Positions 10,115 through 20,277 are shown, numbered from the stretch's first letter. The stretch is 62,150 nucleotides of DNA from an uncultured Anaerolineales bacterium (GCA_964539385.1 CAZIJC010000008.1:1-62150); one strand, 5' to 3'. Notes: a model not told the origin generated them from the letters alone. Numbers and translations: made by a program.

Positions 10115-10228
10115 GCCGCGAAAGTGACGCGGCGCATTGGCCACGTTAGCCGCGGGGCTTGCCCCGCTGACGCCACGAGAGTGACGCGGCGCATTGGCTG
10201 CGTTAGCCGCGGGCCTTGGCCCGCGCGT
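10115..10228. repeat. Direct repeat, right copy, plus a degenerate third copy
   Basis: 10115-10175 perfect copy; 10180-10228 diverged copy. Confidence 0.9.
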
Positions 10229-10248
10229 ATCTGTTTGAAAGGGAACCC

Positions 10249-10881
10249 GTGGACTACCGCACCGAGCCGCTGACGACGTACCTCGAAGACGCCGCAGCCG
10301 CCCAGGCAACGCCCGGTGGCGGCAGCGTCGCCGCCATGGCCGGCGCCCTGGCCTCGACCATGGCGTCGATGGCCGCTGCCTTCACCGCCGGCAAGGAGAA
10401 GTACAAGGATGTCCAGGCCGAGATTGACGAGGCGCTTGGCAGCCTGGCAACCCTGCGAGCCGACCTGCTCGACCTGGCCCATCGCGACATGGATGCTTAC
10501 GCCGCGATCATGGCGGCATACCGGCTGCCCAGGGATAGCGATGAGGAGATGGCCGACCGCGCCGCCGCTATCATGAAGGCCACGCGGGAGTCGCTCGACG
10601 TCGTTGAGGCCGTTCTGGAAGCCGTCGGCGAGGCGCTCCGGGTCACACGCCGCCTGGCCGACATCGCAAACCCGAACCTCATCAGCGACGTCGGCGTGGC
10701 GGCCGAACTGGCGCTCGGGGCGGCGATGGCGGTGCGGATTAACGTGGCGGTTAACCTGATCGGCTACAGGGATTCCGACGACGCGGACGCTGTTCGTGAG
10801 CGGACCGACCAGCGCCTTGCCGAGGCCGGGCGCCTGGCCGCCGAGACCCGCGAGATCGTCTTGAAGGCGCTAAGCAAGTAG
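10249..10881 (+). CDS. Cyclodeaminase/cyclohydrolase family protein (FTCD C-terminal domain)
   Basis: TPGGGSVAA, D..AY..., NPNLISDVGVA, INVAVNL; GTG start at 10249. Confidence 0.9.
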   Translation: MDYRTEPLTTYLEDAAAAQATPGGGSVAAMAGALASTMASMAAAFTAGKEKYKDVQAEIDEALGSLATLRADLLDLAHRDMDAYAAIMAAYRLPRDSDEEMADRAAAIMKATRESLDVVEAVLEAVGEALRVTRRLADIANPNLISDVGVAAELALGAAMAVRINVAVNLIGYRDSDDADAVRERTDQRLAEAGRLAAETREIVLKALSK

Positions 10882-10928
10882 ACGGGGCGCCATTCCAGCC
10901 GCCGCGCCATTCTAGCCGCGACCCGCTT

Positions 10929-10975
10929 GTCCGCCGTAGCCGTGGCGAAGACGGAAGCCTCGGCGAAGGCGGAAA
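10929..10975. repeat. REP-like TCCGCCGTAGCC..GGCGAAG(A/G)CGGA doublet
   Basis: GTCCGCCGTAGCCGTGGCGAAGACGGA followed by AGCCTCGGCGAAGGCGGA. Confidence 0.6.
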
Positions 10976-11011
10976 GGGGGATCGCGCTGCTTCAAGCCGC
11001 AAGGACGTCGC

Positions 11012-11635
11012 ATGGCTTTGGACCGCGACTACAAGATCTCTGCCTCCTCGCACGTGTGTCAGGCCTGCGACCGCCAATTCGGCGTGGGCGACGAGTATTA
11101 CTCGGCCGTCGTCGAAGTGGAGGGCGAGCAGGTCTTTGCCCGTCACGATTTCTGCCCCGATTGCTGGAAGCCCGACGCCGCGGCTTACTTCAGTTTCTGG
11201 AAGACCCGCGTGCCCGAACCCGAGCAGCCCCGCCGCAGGGGACCGCAACTCGTGGACCTGGCGCGCCTCATGCAACTGTTCGAGCATCTGGACGATGCCC
11301 AGGAGGACCATGCCCTGCGGTTCCGGTACGTCCTGGCGCTGGTGCTGATGCGGAAGCGCCGGCTCAAGGTCGTCTCGTCGCGGCGGCTGGCCGGCGGCAG
11401 GGGGGAGGAACTGACCCTCCGCGAAACCGGCACCGACCGCCGGCACGTCGTCCGCGCCCCCAGCATCTCCGACGACGAGATCCGCACCGTCTCCGACCGC
11501 CTCCGCGACGTGCTCGACATGCCCGAAAAGTGGGACCAGATTCCGACCGGCGAGAGCGACCAGGACGCTGCGGCCGGTCTACCAGCGCCCCCGGCCCACG
11601 ATGAGGCCGACGAGCCTCACGAAGCGAACATTTAG
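11012..11635 (+). CDS. Conserved hypothetical protein with N-terminal CxxC...CxxC (possible Zn ribbon)
   Basis: CQAC, DFCPDCW, FRYVLALVLMRKRRL; host-like codon usage. Confidence 0.75.
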   Translation: MALDRDYKISASSHVCQACDRQFGVGDEYYSAVVEVEGEQVFARHDFCPDCWKPDAAAYFSFWKTRVPEPEQPRRRGPQLVDLARLMQLFEHLDDAQEDHALRFRYVLALVLMRKRRLKVVSSRRLAGGRGEELTLRETGTDRRHVVRAPSISDDEIRTVSDRLRDVLDMPEKWDQIPTGESDQDAAAGLPAPPAHDEADEPHEANI

Positions 11636-11679
11636 CCCCCGGTCAACACACCGGGGGTTGCACGAAAGCAGCCTGCCCG

Positions 11680-12474
11680 ATGTCACGGATTGCATTGATA
11701 CCTGTCGTGGTGCTCCTTGTAGCGGCCGGCAGTGTGGCGCGGGCGGCCTCCACCCCGGCGGAGGTCCTCGCGGCACACAACGCCTGGGCCGATTCCATCC
11801 GGCACGTCTGGTCGCGGGCGGCCGTCACGATCAACTTCCCCGTCGGCAAGAAGCGCGAGCAGCATGACCTCGACGGCCACTTCTTCCTCGTCAAGCCCGA
11901 CCGCCTCTTCGTCCACGGGCAGGTCTTGGGCCGGGACGTCTTCAGAATCGGCATGAACCCCGAGCGGTTCTGGCTGTGGATCCGGCCGGGTGTCAACACC
12001 GTCTGGACGGGCCGGCGCGGCGGGAAGGGCGAGCGCGACCTCATCCTCTCGCCGGCCGACTTGATGGCGGCGTGCGGCACGTCTCGGATCGATTTGGCCC
12101 GCGGCGCGGAGGCCGAGTTCGTCGCCGCGCGGCGGCATTATGTCCTCACGGAGCAACGCCGCGCCGGCGACGCCCGCCTTCCCAGCCGACGCATCTGGTT
12201 CGACCGGACGACGTTGCGGCCGGTGCGCGTGGACCTGTTCGACGAAACCGGCCGCCGCCTCGTCATGGCCGAACTCCTGACGTACGAACCCGTCGGCGAC
12301 ACGCAGGTGTGCACCGCCTACCGCGCGCGGTTCTACGGCGACGAGGAAGTGGCCCTCGTCCTGCGCCTGAGCAAGGTGAGCCTCGAAAAGAAACCCCCCA
12401 TCCGCGTCTTTGATTACCGCCTTCCCCCCGGCGCCAAGGAGCGCGACCTCGACGCGCCGACGGCCCGGCCGTAG
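11680..12474 (+). CDS. Exported hypothetical protein, possible LolA/LolB-like fold
   Basis: Signal peptide; beta-rich, with RIGMNPERFWLW and RRIWFDRTTLRPVRVDLFD. Confidence 0.65.
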   Translation: MSRIALIPVVVLLVAAGSVARAASTPAEVLAAHNAWADSIRHVWSRAAVTINFPVGKKREQHDLDGHFFLVKPDRLFVHGQVLGRDVFRIGMNPERFWLWIRPGVNTVWTGRRGGKGERDLILSPADLMAACGTSRIDLARGAEAEFVAARRHYVLTEQRRAGDARLPSRRIWFDRTTLRPVRVDLFDETGRRLVMAELLTYEPVGDTQVCTAYRARFYGDEEVALVLRLSKVSLEKKPPIRVFDYRLPPGAKERDLDAPTARP

Positions 12475-12584
12475 AGGTCGGCGGGCCGGCCTCGAGAAGC
12501 CGGCTGTTAGTCGGCGACCTTGGTCGCCGCTCGCCCGTCGCGGCGGCAAATGGCCGATGTTCCGCGCCCGCATCCGCGGAAGCG

Positions 12585-13925
12585 TCAGAGGCTCCATCCC
12601 TCGCGGTAGGGCGGGTTGATGAGACGGTTCGCCAGCGAGTTGTTCTTGAATTGCATCCGCACGCCGTCCCACACGAGTTTCTGGCCCAGGAGTTGCATCG
12701 CGATGATGCCCAACCGGGCGATCTCCGTCAGCGGTCCGCCGTAGTGGAAGTGCGACCCGGCCAGGCGAGCCTTCCGGATGGCCTCGAGCCAGTCGTTGTG
12801 GTGCCCCCTGACTCGGGGAATCGTTTTGTCGGGCTGCTTGTAGGCCCGCATCTTCGCCTCGGGGAAGATGCGGACGCCGTTGGCCCCGTGCGACCCGTAC
12901 GTGATGCCGCCTGTGGTGCCGAGAACGACGGCGCCGGTCCCGGGCACCTTGCGGTCCTTCCCCAATCCCTTCGGCCGCGGGATTCTCTCCACGCCCGAGT
13001 ACCAGTACAGCGTGATGGGCCCGCGCTTGCCTTTCGCCGGGAACTCGAACTTGATGATCGAACCCTTCGGGAACGTCATGGCGTGCTTCTTTGGGTCGTA
13101 GTCCTGGGCCCGGGCCTGGATCGTTACGGGCGACCCGAGGTCCAGCGCCCAGAACACCGGGTCCACGACGTGGCAGACCCAGTCGCCGATGGTGCCGCTG
13201 CCGAACGGACTCCACCCGCGCCAACTGCCCGGCAAAAACACCGGGTTGTACGGCCGGAACTGGGCCGGACCCAGCCACAGGTCCCAGTCGAGCGTCGAGG
13301 GCACGTCGTGTTTCTCCTTCAGTTTGGGCAGTTGGTCGATCTTGCAGTGGACGGCGGTGCACGCCGCGTGGATCGTGTGGACGGCGCCGATGGCCCCGTC
13401 CCAGATCCATTCGCAGAACAGGCGGATGGCCTCGGCCGAGTGGCCCTGGTTGCCCAGTTGCGTGATGACGCGGTGCTTCTTCGTGGCCTCCATAATCTGG
13501 CGGATCTCGTAGATGGAGTGGGCCAGCGGCTTCTCGCAGAACACGTGCTTGCCCCGCGTGATGGCCGCCATGCAAGCCACGGCGTGGGTGTGGTCGGGCG
13601 TCGCCACGGTGACCGCGTCGATCTTCTTCTCCATCTCGTCGAACATCTTGCGGAAGTCCTTGTAGGCCTTGGCGCTGGAGTGCTTCTCGAACGTCCTGCC
13701 CGCCCGCCTCTGGTCCACGTCGCACAGGGCGATGATGTTCTCGCCGCTCGTCCCGCCGACGCTGGCCCCGCCCCGGCCGCCGATGCCGATGCAGGCCACG
13801 TTCAACTTGCCGCTGGGCGCCGTCCGGCCCGGTCCACCGAGCACGTGCCTGGGGACCACGGTGACGGCCGCAGCCGAGGCGGCGGCCTCAAGAAACGCAC
13901 GACGCGTCAGATGGTTTTTCGACAT
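12585..13925 (-). CDS. Tat-exported Gfo/Idh/MocA oxidoreductase
   Basis: TRRAFL Tat motif, IGIGGRG, VATPDHTH, FCEKPL, LDWDLWLGPA. Confidence 0.93.
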   Translation of the reverse strand: MSKNHLTRRAFLEAAASAAAVTVVPRHVLGGPGRTAPSGKLNVACIGIGGRGGASVGGTSGENIIALCDVDQRRAGRTFEKHSSAKAYKDFRKMFDEMEKKIDAVTVATPDHTHAVACMAAITRGKHVFCEKPLAHSIYEIRQIMEATKKHRVITQLGNQGHSAEAIRLFCEWIWDGAIGAVHTIHAACTAVHCKIDQLPKLKEKHDVPSTLDWDLWLGPAQFRPYNPVFLPGSWRGWSPFGSGTIGDWVCHVVDPVFWALDLGSPVTIQARAQDYDPKKHAMTFPKGSIIKFEFPAKGKRGPITLYWYSGVERIPRPKGLGKDRKVPGTGAVVLGTTGGITYGSHGANGVRIFPEAKMRAYKQPDKTIPRVRGHHNDWLEAIRKARLAGSHFHYGGPLTEIARLGIIAMQLLGQKLVWDGVRMQFKNNSLANRLINPPYREGWSL

Positions 13926-14184
13926 GACGGACCCTTTCTTTCCTGGACCGGTACATGGTGGCAGGACAACCATCGTGTGGCAGCCTGATTCTGCCGAGCC
14001 TCCCCGTGTGTTTCGTCAAGGGTTCAAACCCTGCGACCGCCGGTTGGAATCGCGCATTCTGCCAGACGCTCCGACGTTCTTCCTGCAGCGCATCACTGGA
14101 AAACCTAGGACGCCGGACGGTCGCCGACGGTAATATGAGACGGGCAGGGGGTGCCTGTCCGCAGGGCTATGGTGGGGAAACACG

Positions 14185-15384
14185 ATGCGAATCACGCTCA
14201 TCCTATGGTTTGCGACCGCGGCACTCGCCTGGGGCGCCGGCGCACGGGCCGCCGAGCGCGCGGGGCCGGACATGATCGACGTCAACTTTGCGAAGTGGAA
14301 GAACATCGAGCCGCTGCTCGAAGAGATCCGCGCCAGGCACAACGTGCCGGCCCTGGCGGCCTCGACGATCTACGACGGAGGCATCATCAACTATGCCGCC
14401 GTCGGCGCCCGCAAACTCGGAAGCGACGTCAAGGTCACCGCCTGGGATAAGTTCCACATCGGCTCCTGCACCAAGGCGATGACCGCCACGCTCCTGGCGA
14501 TTCTCATTGAGCGGGGCAAACTCAAGTGGTCTTCGACCCTCGCCGAGGTCTTCCCGGAACTCGCCAAGGAAATGCACACCGGCTACCGCAAGGTCACGCT
14601 GCTGCACCTGCTGGCCCATCGCGGGGGCGTGCCGAACGAGACGTGGCCGAAAGGCATGTCGTTTCTCGACGTGCACGGCCTGCCCGGCCCGCCGCGCAAG
14701 GCCCGCTGGGAGTTCGTCCGCCGCGTCCTGAAGCAGGAGCCGGCCGCGCCGCCAGGCGAAAAGTTCATCTACTCCAACGCCGGCTACGCCGTCCTGGGCG
14801 CCGCGTGTGAGAAGGTGACCGATACGGCGTACGAAACGTTGATGCGCGAGGTGCTCTTCAAGCCGCTCGGCATGACGACGGCCGGTTTCGGCGCCATGGG
14901 CACGCCGGGCCGTGTCGACCAGCCGTGGCAGCACCGCGTCCAGGACGGCAAAGCGATTCCGATGGAGCCGGGCCCCCGGATCGACAACCCGCCTGCCATC
15001 GCCCCCGCCGGGACGGTGCACTGCTCCATCGGTGATTGGGCCAAGTTCGTCCAGGCACACCTGAAAGGCGCCCGCGACCAACCCACGCCGCTGCCCGTCG
15101 CCAACTGGACGCGCCTGCACACGCCGGCTTTCGGCGGGATCTACGCCGGCGGATGGGGCACGGCCCATCGCGGATGGGGCGGCGGCCGCGTCTATACGCA
15201 CGCCGGAAGCAACAATATGAATTACGCCGTCGTCTGGATGGCCCCGCACCGCAATTTCGCCGTCGTCGTCGCCACCAACCAGGCGGGCGACGTGGCCCCC
15301 AAGGCCTGCGACGATGCGGCGGCGGCGATCATCAAGAAGTATCTGGGCGAAGGTGCGGCTGGGGGAGGCGGGATAAGGGACTGA
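14185..15384 (+). CDS. Serine hydrolase, beta-lactamase/AmpC-like family
   Basis: SCTK (SxxK), YSN, HAGS motifs; signal peptide. Confidence 0.92.
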   Translation: MRITLILWFATAALAWGAGARAAERAGPDMIDVNFAKWKNIEPLLEEIRARHNVPALAASTIYDGGIINYAAVGARKLGSDVKVTAWDKFHIGSCTKAMTATLLAILIERGKLKWSSTLAEVFPELAKEMHTGYRKVTLLHLLAHRGGVPNETWPKGMSFLDVHGLPGPPRKARWEFVRRVLKQEPAAPPGEKFIYSNAGYAVLGAACEKVTDTAYETLMREVLFKPLGMTTAGFGAMGTPGRVDQPWQHRVQDGKAIPMEPGPRIDNPPAIAPAGTVHCSIGDWAKFVQAHLKGARDQPTPLPVANWTRLHTPAFGGIYAGGWGTAHRGWGGGRVYTHAGSNNMNYAVVWMAPHRNFAVVVATNQAGDVAPKACDDAAAAIIKKYLGEGAAGGGGIRD

Positions 15385-15467
15385 GGACAGGGGATCCGTT
15401 CGATTGGCGAGCGTGCCGGCCGGCCGGCTCGCCTTGGGCGGCCCACACATGCGGCTCGCTCTATAAC

Positions 15468-15697
15468 ACTTACGTCAATTCTGACGTTGCCGAAACACCG
15501 AAATGCGCGCTTTTTTTGGCTCGGATCGTTGATTCTGGGTCGTGAGGGGGGTTTTGGGGGTCGAATGTTAAGATAGGTAAGGCAAAACGCGCTGTTTTGT
15601 GATCGGTTTTTGCGGTTTTGGTGTCCGTTTTGGTCGGTTTTGTTCCGTTTTTGTTCCGTTTTGGAGGGGTTTTTGAGGGGGCAAAATTGACGTAAGT
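15468..15697. repeat. AT-richer, T/G-skewed segment bounded by a 13-bp inverted repeat
   Basis: ACTTACGTCAATT 15468-15480 / AATTGACGTAAGT 15685-15697; internal CGGTTTT/CCGTTTT iterations. Confidence 0.7.
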
Positions 15698-15748
15698 CAC
15701 TATGCCAAAATGGCAGCCGGCGCGCGCGGCCGCGCAGGGGCCGAAAAG

Positions 15749-15806
15749 TTGTTAGAGTTCTAACAAAATCCGGGGAGGGGGCGGGAAGTTGTTAGAGTTC
15801 TAACAA
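15749..15806. promoter_or_regulatory. Two identical palindromic operator-like sites
   Basis: TTGTTAGA-GT-TCTAACAA at 15749-15766 and 15789-15806, 40 bp apart. Confidence 0.65.
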
Positions 15807-15811
15807 AAAGG

Positions 15812-16185
15812 CAGGGAATGGGGAACGGGGGATGGGGAATAGGTAATTTCCGAGCCGCGACCGCAAGGGAGCGGGTGCATTGCGGATTGCGGATTGCGGA
15901 ATGAACGGCAAACGGCATCGGCGCTAACCGCTGAGAACGCTGAGAACGGCGAGCCCGCTGCGGCAGCAGGCGCGGCCGCCTTGGAGTGCGGTGCCCTGGC
16001 ACCGCTTTCAGGCATCAACGGCCAACGGCAACGGCGACAGCCTGAAAGGCTCGGATTCGATAGCCTGGGGCAACGCCCCAGGTCGCCAGGTACGCCAGCC
16101 CAACCCCCAAATCAACCCCTGAAAGGGCGAGACAAGTCGACGGGCGGCAGGTTGGAGGCTGGTGACTACAGCCTGAAAACGGCTT
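15812..16185. repeat. Cluster of heptamer repeats and several REP-like families
   Basis: GGGGAAT-type and TTGCGGA heptamers, CCGAGCCGCGACCGCAAGGGAGCGG, GAGTGCGGTGCCCTGGCACCGCTTT, AGCCTGAAAGGCT..CCTGGGGCAACGCCCCAGG..CCCCTGAAAGGG. Confidence 0.7.
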
Positions 16186-16215
16186 GCCGCTTGGTGGGTT
16201 GCAGAATCGCGAGCA

Positions 16216-19200
16216 TCACTCATACTGCTCCCACTGCGCTTGCTCGTCCCAGTGCCTTGCTTCGGCCTCGTACCCTTTGGCAAGGCCATCAAGAACAGCA
16301 GCTGTTCGTGGCCAGCCGACCCGTACTTGGTCCGCAAACGTCTTGTACTCCTTAGCCAAGTCCCACTCCTGCTTACCGCCCTTGCCTCGGAAGAATGCAC
16401 CACGCTGGTTGTACTTGCCGATGCGCAGCCCGTTTTCGAGGCGCGGACTTTGGACTTCCTCGATCACGTCGCGAACCTCCTGGCACGGCCATGATCCATC
16501 GGGCGATTTCGGAGAATGCGAGAGAATCTGGCCGATCTTGCTGTCGCATACCTGCAGCCGTCCCACTTCCTGCGCGAGCCTGCGGGACTCACGCACCCAT
16601 TCCCACAGCGCGGCAGCGTCCACCCTGGCGCCTACGTCACCGAATCCGGGAACAGTGTGGATACGCTCAAGGAGATGGAAGGCCTGTTCTGCAACCTTCC
16701 CCTGCTCATCCGAAGATACCTCGCTATCCGGCTCTCCCTCGGCACGATAGACCGCCTTGAGCAACTCAACGAAGAGTTCTGGCGAGGAGGTGACTTGGCT
16801 TTGCAGGAGTTTGGCTCCGCGGTTTGTGTCTTCCAGAATTCGGAGCCAACCCCATTCCAGCGACGCAAGTTTTTTCGGATCCACGTCTTGGGTATCAAGG
16901 TAAAGGAACACCGCCTCGACATGATGGCCTAGCATCGCTCCCTTCCGCCGCTGCGGCTCTACAGTCTCACCACGGTCGAGCGCCTCTTCCAGAACACCCA
17001 TGACGACATCGGCAGACGGCTTGTCCGCTCCCTCGTCAGCGTGCCTCTCGTCAACCAAGTCAGCGATGAGTTCCAGCGCGGACCAGGGTCGGTTCACCTC
17101 CCTCCACTTGTCCAGTATCCAGGGCCACTGCTCTTGATACATGAGCCTGAGTTCTACGTTGCCCCAGTAGAGCCTTTCAGATTCTCCTCCCCAGGCCGCG
17201 AGGCGCGTCCACAGCTCGGGGGAGGGAGCGCAGGCTAACGCCAGATTGGCGTAGCCCTCGGGTGTCCACCCAATCCCTTGCTGGCCAAGAAGACCCCTAA
17301 GCCACTCCTCGCCAGCCTCTCGACACTTGGCCCACACGTATCCCCTGCCGAGTTGCATCAGCGGGCTGTCACCGTATTGGCTCGGGTCTCCAAAGAGCGT
17401 TTTCTGGACCAGTTCGGCCTCCTCCGTTGGTGAAAGCCCTACTCTCGCAGCCGCTTGGCCGACACACTCGGGAAGCACGACGTGTTCGGCAAGACGAGAG
17501 AGGCCTGATATGCCCTCCCCTTCGTAGACTGCCTTGGCGGCTTGCGCCCGCTTCTCCCCGATCCATTCATCCCATCCGCTCTCATACTGCCGCATCGGCG
17601 CGTCTGGCACGTCCGGGTCCCAAGAGAAGAGGTGCCTGCACCGCAAGACTGCGTCATCAGGCGCAAACCTGTCGCGCTCGCCTTCCAGGAGCTTCAGGTC
17701 TGATTCGGGCAGAGCCCACTCAGCATCGTCATGCTCCCGGTGGCGAGTGGCCAACTTCCTGAGAGAATCGTGAATGACGGCCTTGCCGTCTTCCGCTAGC
17801 CCAGCGGTGTCAATTCGCCCAAGAGCGTCAGTAATGAGGACCCCAACTTCGGGGTAGCCTCGTCGGACGTCTGGATAGGCCTCGACCAAGCGGGCCCACC
17901 GCTCCGGGGAGTCTCCCGCCCACTCCGTCATCTTCTCAACCACGGTACGGACAAAGTCCCAATACTCTGCGCCCGTGACCTTGCGGTCGCCGCCATACGG
18001 CCGATACGTCGGAGTAGGCGTTCCCGAAGTAGTACCCCAGGAGGTAGGCAGCAACGCCGCGGCAACATCCCATGCAACTGCAGCAGACGTCGTGTGTAGC
18101 ATGTCGAGGGTTGCGGCCGCGTTGTCCATGGTCTCCGAATGCTGAGGGCTCCACGGCAGCAGGATCGTGATCAGGCTGTTTTGGGGCCTGTTGCTGGTCT
18201 TCCCCCCAGGGTCGAGCTCAGCAAGCCTCGCCAGGATGCTCAAGACCCGGGGGAAGCACTCCTTCTGCCAAGCCAGGCGCTCCAGTGCCCACAGCAGGAA
18301 GACATGCGCGCTGAAAGGGCCGAACATGAAATCTTGAGTCTCTATGTCCTGAAAGAACTTTTCGCCGTTGCCTTGCCGAACCATCGCGTCCAGGCAATCC
18401 AGAAACACAACGGGGGACGCCTCGGCTATCTCCGAGTATACGTCCACCAGTGACAGCCAGCGGTTGAGTGCCTTCGGGCTGTCGGGATCGAGAAGATCCC
18501 GGGCGATCCTATCCGCCCAAGCCTGGCCGTCCGTTCTAAGGAGGGCCAGCCGAGCAACGGAATCCATCAGCCCTTTTCGCAGAGAGCCAGAGAACTTGCG
18601 TGTCTTGCCGAGGATACTCGCCATGTGCCGTTCCGATGGCGAGACGTCGAGCGAAGGGTCCTCCTCGCCGACGACCTCGCGGACCACCTCGCGGAAATCC
18701 GTCAGCATCGTCTCCGTTACCTTGCCGATGAGTTGGCCCCAGACGAACTCCCGAGACGCGCATAGCCACTCCGTGCCTCTATGAATCCACGGGCCTTCTG
18801 GAATCAGAGCAGACTGCAAGAGCGTTTCAATGTCGCGGTACTCCTTTCGGGACAGGCGCTCGATAGCGCGCGTGTCGCTTGCGTTGTTCCCTGTCCACGA
18901 GCCGGCCAGTATCAGTGACGCATGTGTGGTCGCGTCTTTCCGACTGGCCCAACGCGGAGCGCCGACAGGGCCAGAGCCCACAAGCCACAACAGTGCAATC
19001 AACGAGCCCTTGGTGTCTCGAGCAATCTGCCTGGCTCTGTGCTCCGGAACTTTCATATGCTGAGTCAGGTGCTGCTCAATGGCGGTTCGTTTGCACGGCC
19101 CAAGAGTCACGCTCACCTGTGAAGTACTGGCCGGAGAAGGGGTTTTGAGGTCGGGAACGATCAGCCGCCACTTCTGTCCCGGGATGGACTTGGCCCGCGC

Positions 19201-20061
19201 AATCGCCTCAGAGTCTAGAGGAACGAGCGTCAGTTCCGCGCCGAATGTGGCCAGCAGCGTTAGGTTTGCGTGAGAGTTGGCGAATACCAACGGAGGCTTC
19301 TCCCCGAATTTGTCTGCCTGCTTCAGGGCCGCCGCAGCTAGGAATCCCGCCGCCTCCTCTATGGATTCGCCACGGACATGGACTTCTGCGTTGCTCTGGA
19401 GAACTGCGTCGCGTAGGCGTCCCACTTCGTCTTCTCGAGCCGCCACAACGAGTTCCGGCGAGACGGCCGGCAAGCCGAAGGCCACGCCCAGCCTCCGGAG
19501 GTACTGCTCGGCGTCAAAGAGCCCCTCGGCGGGGAGGCTGCACACCTCAGCGAACCAGAGCATGACAGACGGACACTGCTCAAGCCAACTCGCGAGCGTA
19601 ACCGCATCAATAACTTTGATAGACTTCCAGGCTGAGTTCTGTCGCTTCTTCCTGACCCATTTCCCGTGATCTTGAAACGTCGCGGAGGTAACAAACACAG
19701 CCGTTGCCTTGTCCGGCGTAACTGCTGGTGTCACATTGGGAAAGGCGTTCGCTAGTTTCTTTGCAGCGCCCGCGAAGTCTTTGTTCGCCTTGGCTCGCGG
19801 AGGCGATTCTGTGCCCATCTCCCAGACGGAAATGCCGCCAGGGACATAGAGGTGCTGCACCGCCGTTTCCACGGCCAAGATGCCATCTTCGCCGTGGAGA
19901 TAGACTTGGTCCCCATGTGGAAAGCGGTACTCACGGATCGCGTCTACGGGAATGCTGGCAGTAATTAGCTTTCCCACCAGTTGAGGAAGGAGTTCCTGAC
20001 CGTCGCGGCTGGGAGAACAGAGCCGCTGCTGAATCATCGTGGCCGACACGAAGGATCTCAT
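16216..20061 (-). CDS. ~1280-aa protein: N-terminal PD-(D/E)xK-like nuclease, degenerate NTPase-like middle, long helical C-terminus; putative anti-phage defence protein
   Basis: Long uninterrupted ORF; SD AGGGAG before ATG 20061; LLPQLVGKLI..GEDG..WEMG..KANKDF..FVT..W..IDAVTLASWLE; lower GC than the flanks. Confidence 0.75.
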   Translation of the reverse strand: MRSFVSATMIQQRLCSPSRDGQELLPQLVGKLITASIPVDAIREYRFPHGDQVYLHGEDGILAVETAVQHLYVPGGISVWEMGTESPPRAKANKDFAGAAKKLANAFPNVTPAVTPDKATAVFVTSATFQDHGKWVRKKRQNSAWKSIKVIDAVTLASWLEQCPSVMLWFAEVCSLPAEGLFDAEQYLRRLGVAFGLPAVSPELVVAAREDEVGRLRDAVLQSNAEVHVRGESIEEAAGFLAAAALKQADKFGEKPPLVFANSHANLTLLATFGAELTLVPLDSEAIARAKSIPGQKWRLIVPDLKTPSPASTSQVSVTLGPCKRTAIEQHLTQHMKVPEHRARQIARDTKGSLIALLWLVGSGPVGAPRWASRKDATTHASLILAGSWTGNNASDTRAIERLSRKEYRDIETLLQSALIPEGPWIHRGTEWLCASREFVWGQLIGKVTETMLTDFREVVREVVGEEDPSLDVSPSERHMASILGKTRKFSGSLRKGLMDSVARLALLRTDGQAWADRIARDLLDPDSPKALNRWLSLVDVYSEIAEASPVVFLDCLDAMVRQGNGEKFFQDIETQDFMFGPFSAHVFLLWALERLAWQKECFPRVLSILARLAELDPGGKTSNRPQNSLITILLPWSPQHSETMDNAAATLDMLHTTSAAVAWDVAAALLPTSWGTTSGTPTPTYRPYGGDRKVTGAEYWDFVRTVVEKMTEWAGDSPERWARLVEAYPDVRRGYPEVGVLITDALGRIDTAGLAEDGKAVIHDSLRKLATRHREHDDAEWALPESDLKLLEGERDRFAPDDAVLRCRHLFSWDPDVPDAPMRQYESGWDEWIGEKRAQAAKAVYEGEGISGLSRLAEHVVLPECVGQAAARVGLSPTEEAELVQKTLFGDPSQYGDSPLMQLGRGYVWAKCREAGEEWLRGLLGQQGIGWTPEGYANLALACAPSPELWTRLAAWGGESERLYWGNVELRLMYQEQWPWILDKWREVNRPWSALELIADLVDERHADEGADKPSADVVMGVLEEALDRGETVEPQRRKGAMLGHHVEAVFLYLDTQDVDPKKLASLEWGWLRILEDTNRGAKLLQSQVTSSPELFVELLKAVYRAEGEPDSEVSSDEQGKVAEQAFHLLERIHTVPGFGDVGARVDAAALWEWVRESRRLAQEVGRLQVCDSKIGQILSHSPKSPDGSWPCQEVRDVIEEVQSPRLENGLRIGKYNQRGAFFRGKGGKQEWDLAKEYKTFADQVRVGWPRTAAVLDGLAKGYEAEARHWDEQAQWEQYE

Positions 20062-20277
20062 AAACTCCCTGCCTTTCAGGCCGACGCGCTCAGTTCGCAC
20101 ATCCCCGCGTGTTCACCGCCTGCGGAGTTCCGAGGACACGACACTTAACTCCTCCGAAGCCCTTGTCCGGAAGGCTTTCCCATCGTGCGTATACAGTAAT
20201 GCCGGATGCCATGCGCGTCAAGGGGGAGGACATGAAGGAACGTCGGGGGATGAACGGCGAACGGCAACAGCCCGTTC

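Noticed and set aside
14185-15384. Antibiotic-resistance beta-lactamase
   Set aside because: Motifs fit the broad serine hydrolase family (HAG rather than KTG); nothing supports true AmpC activity
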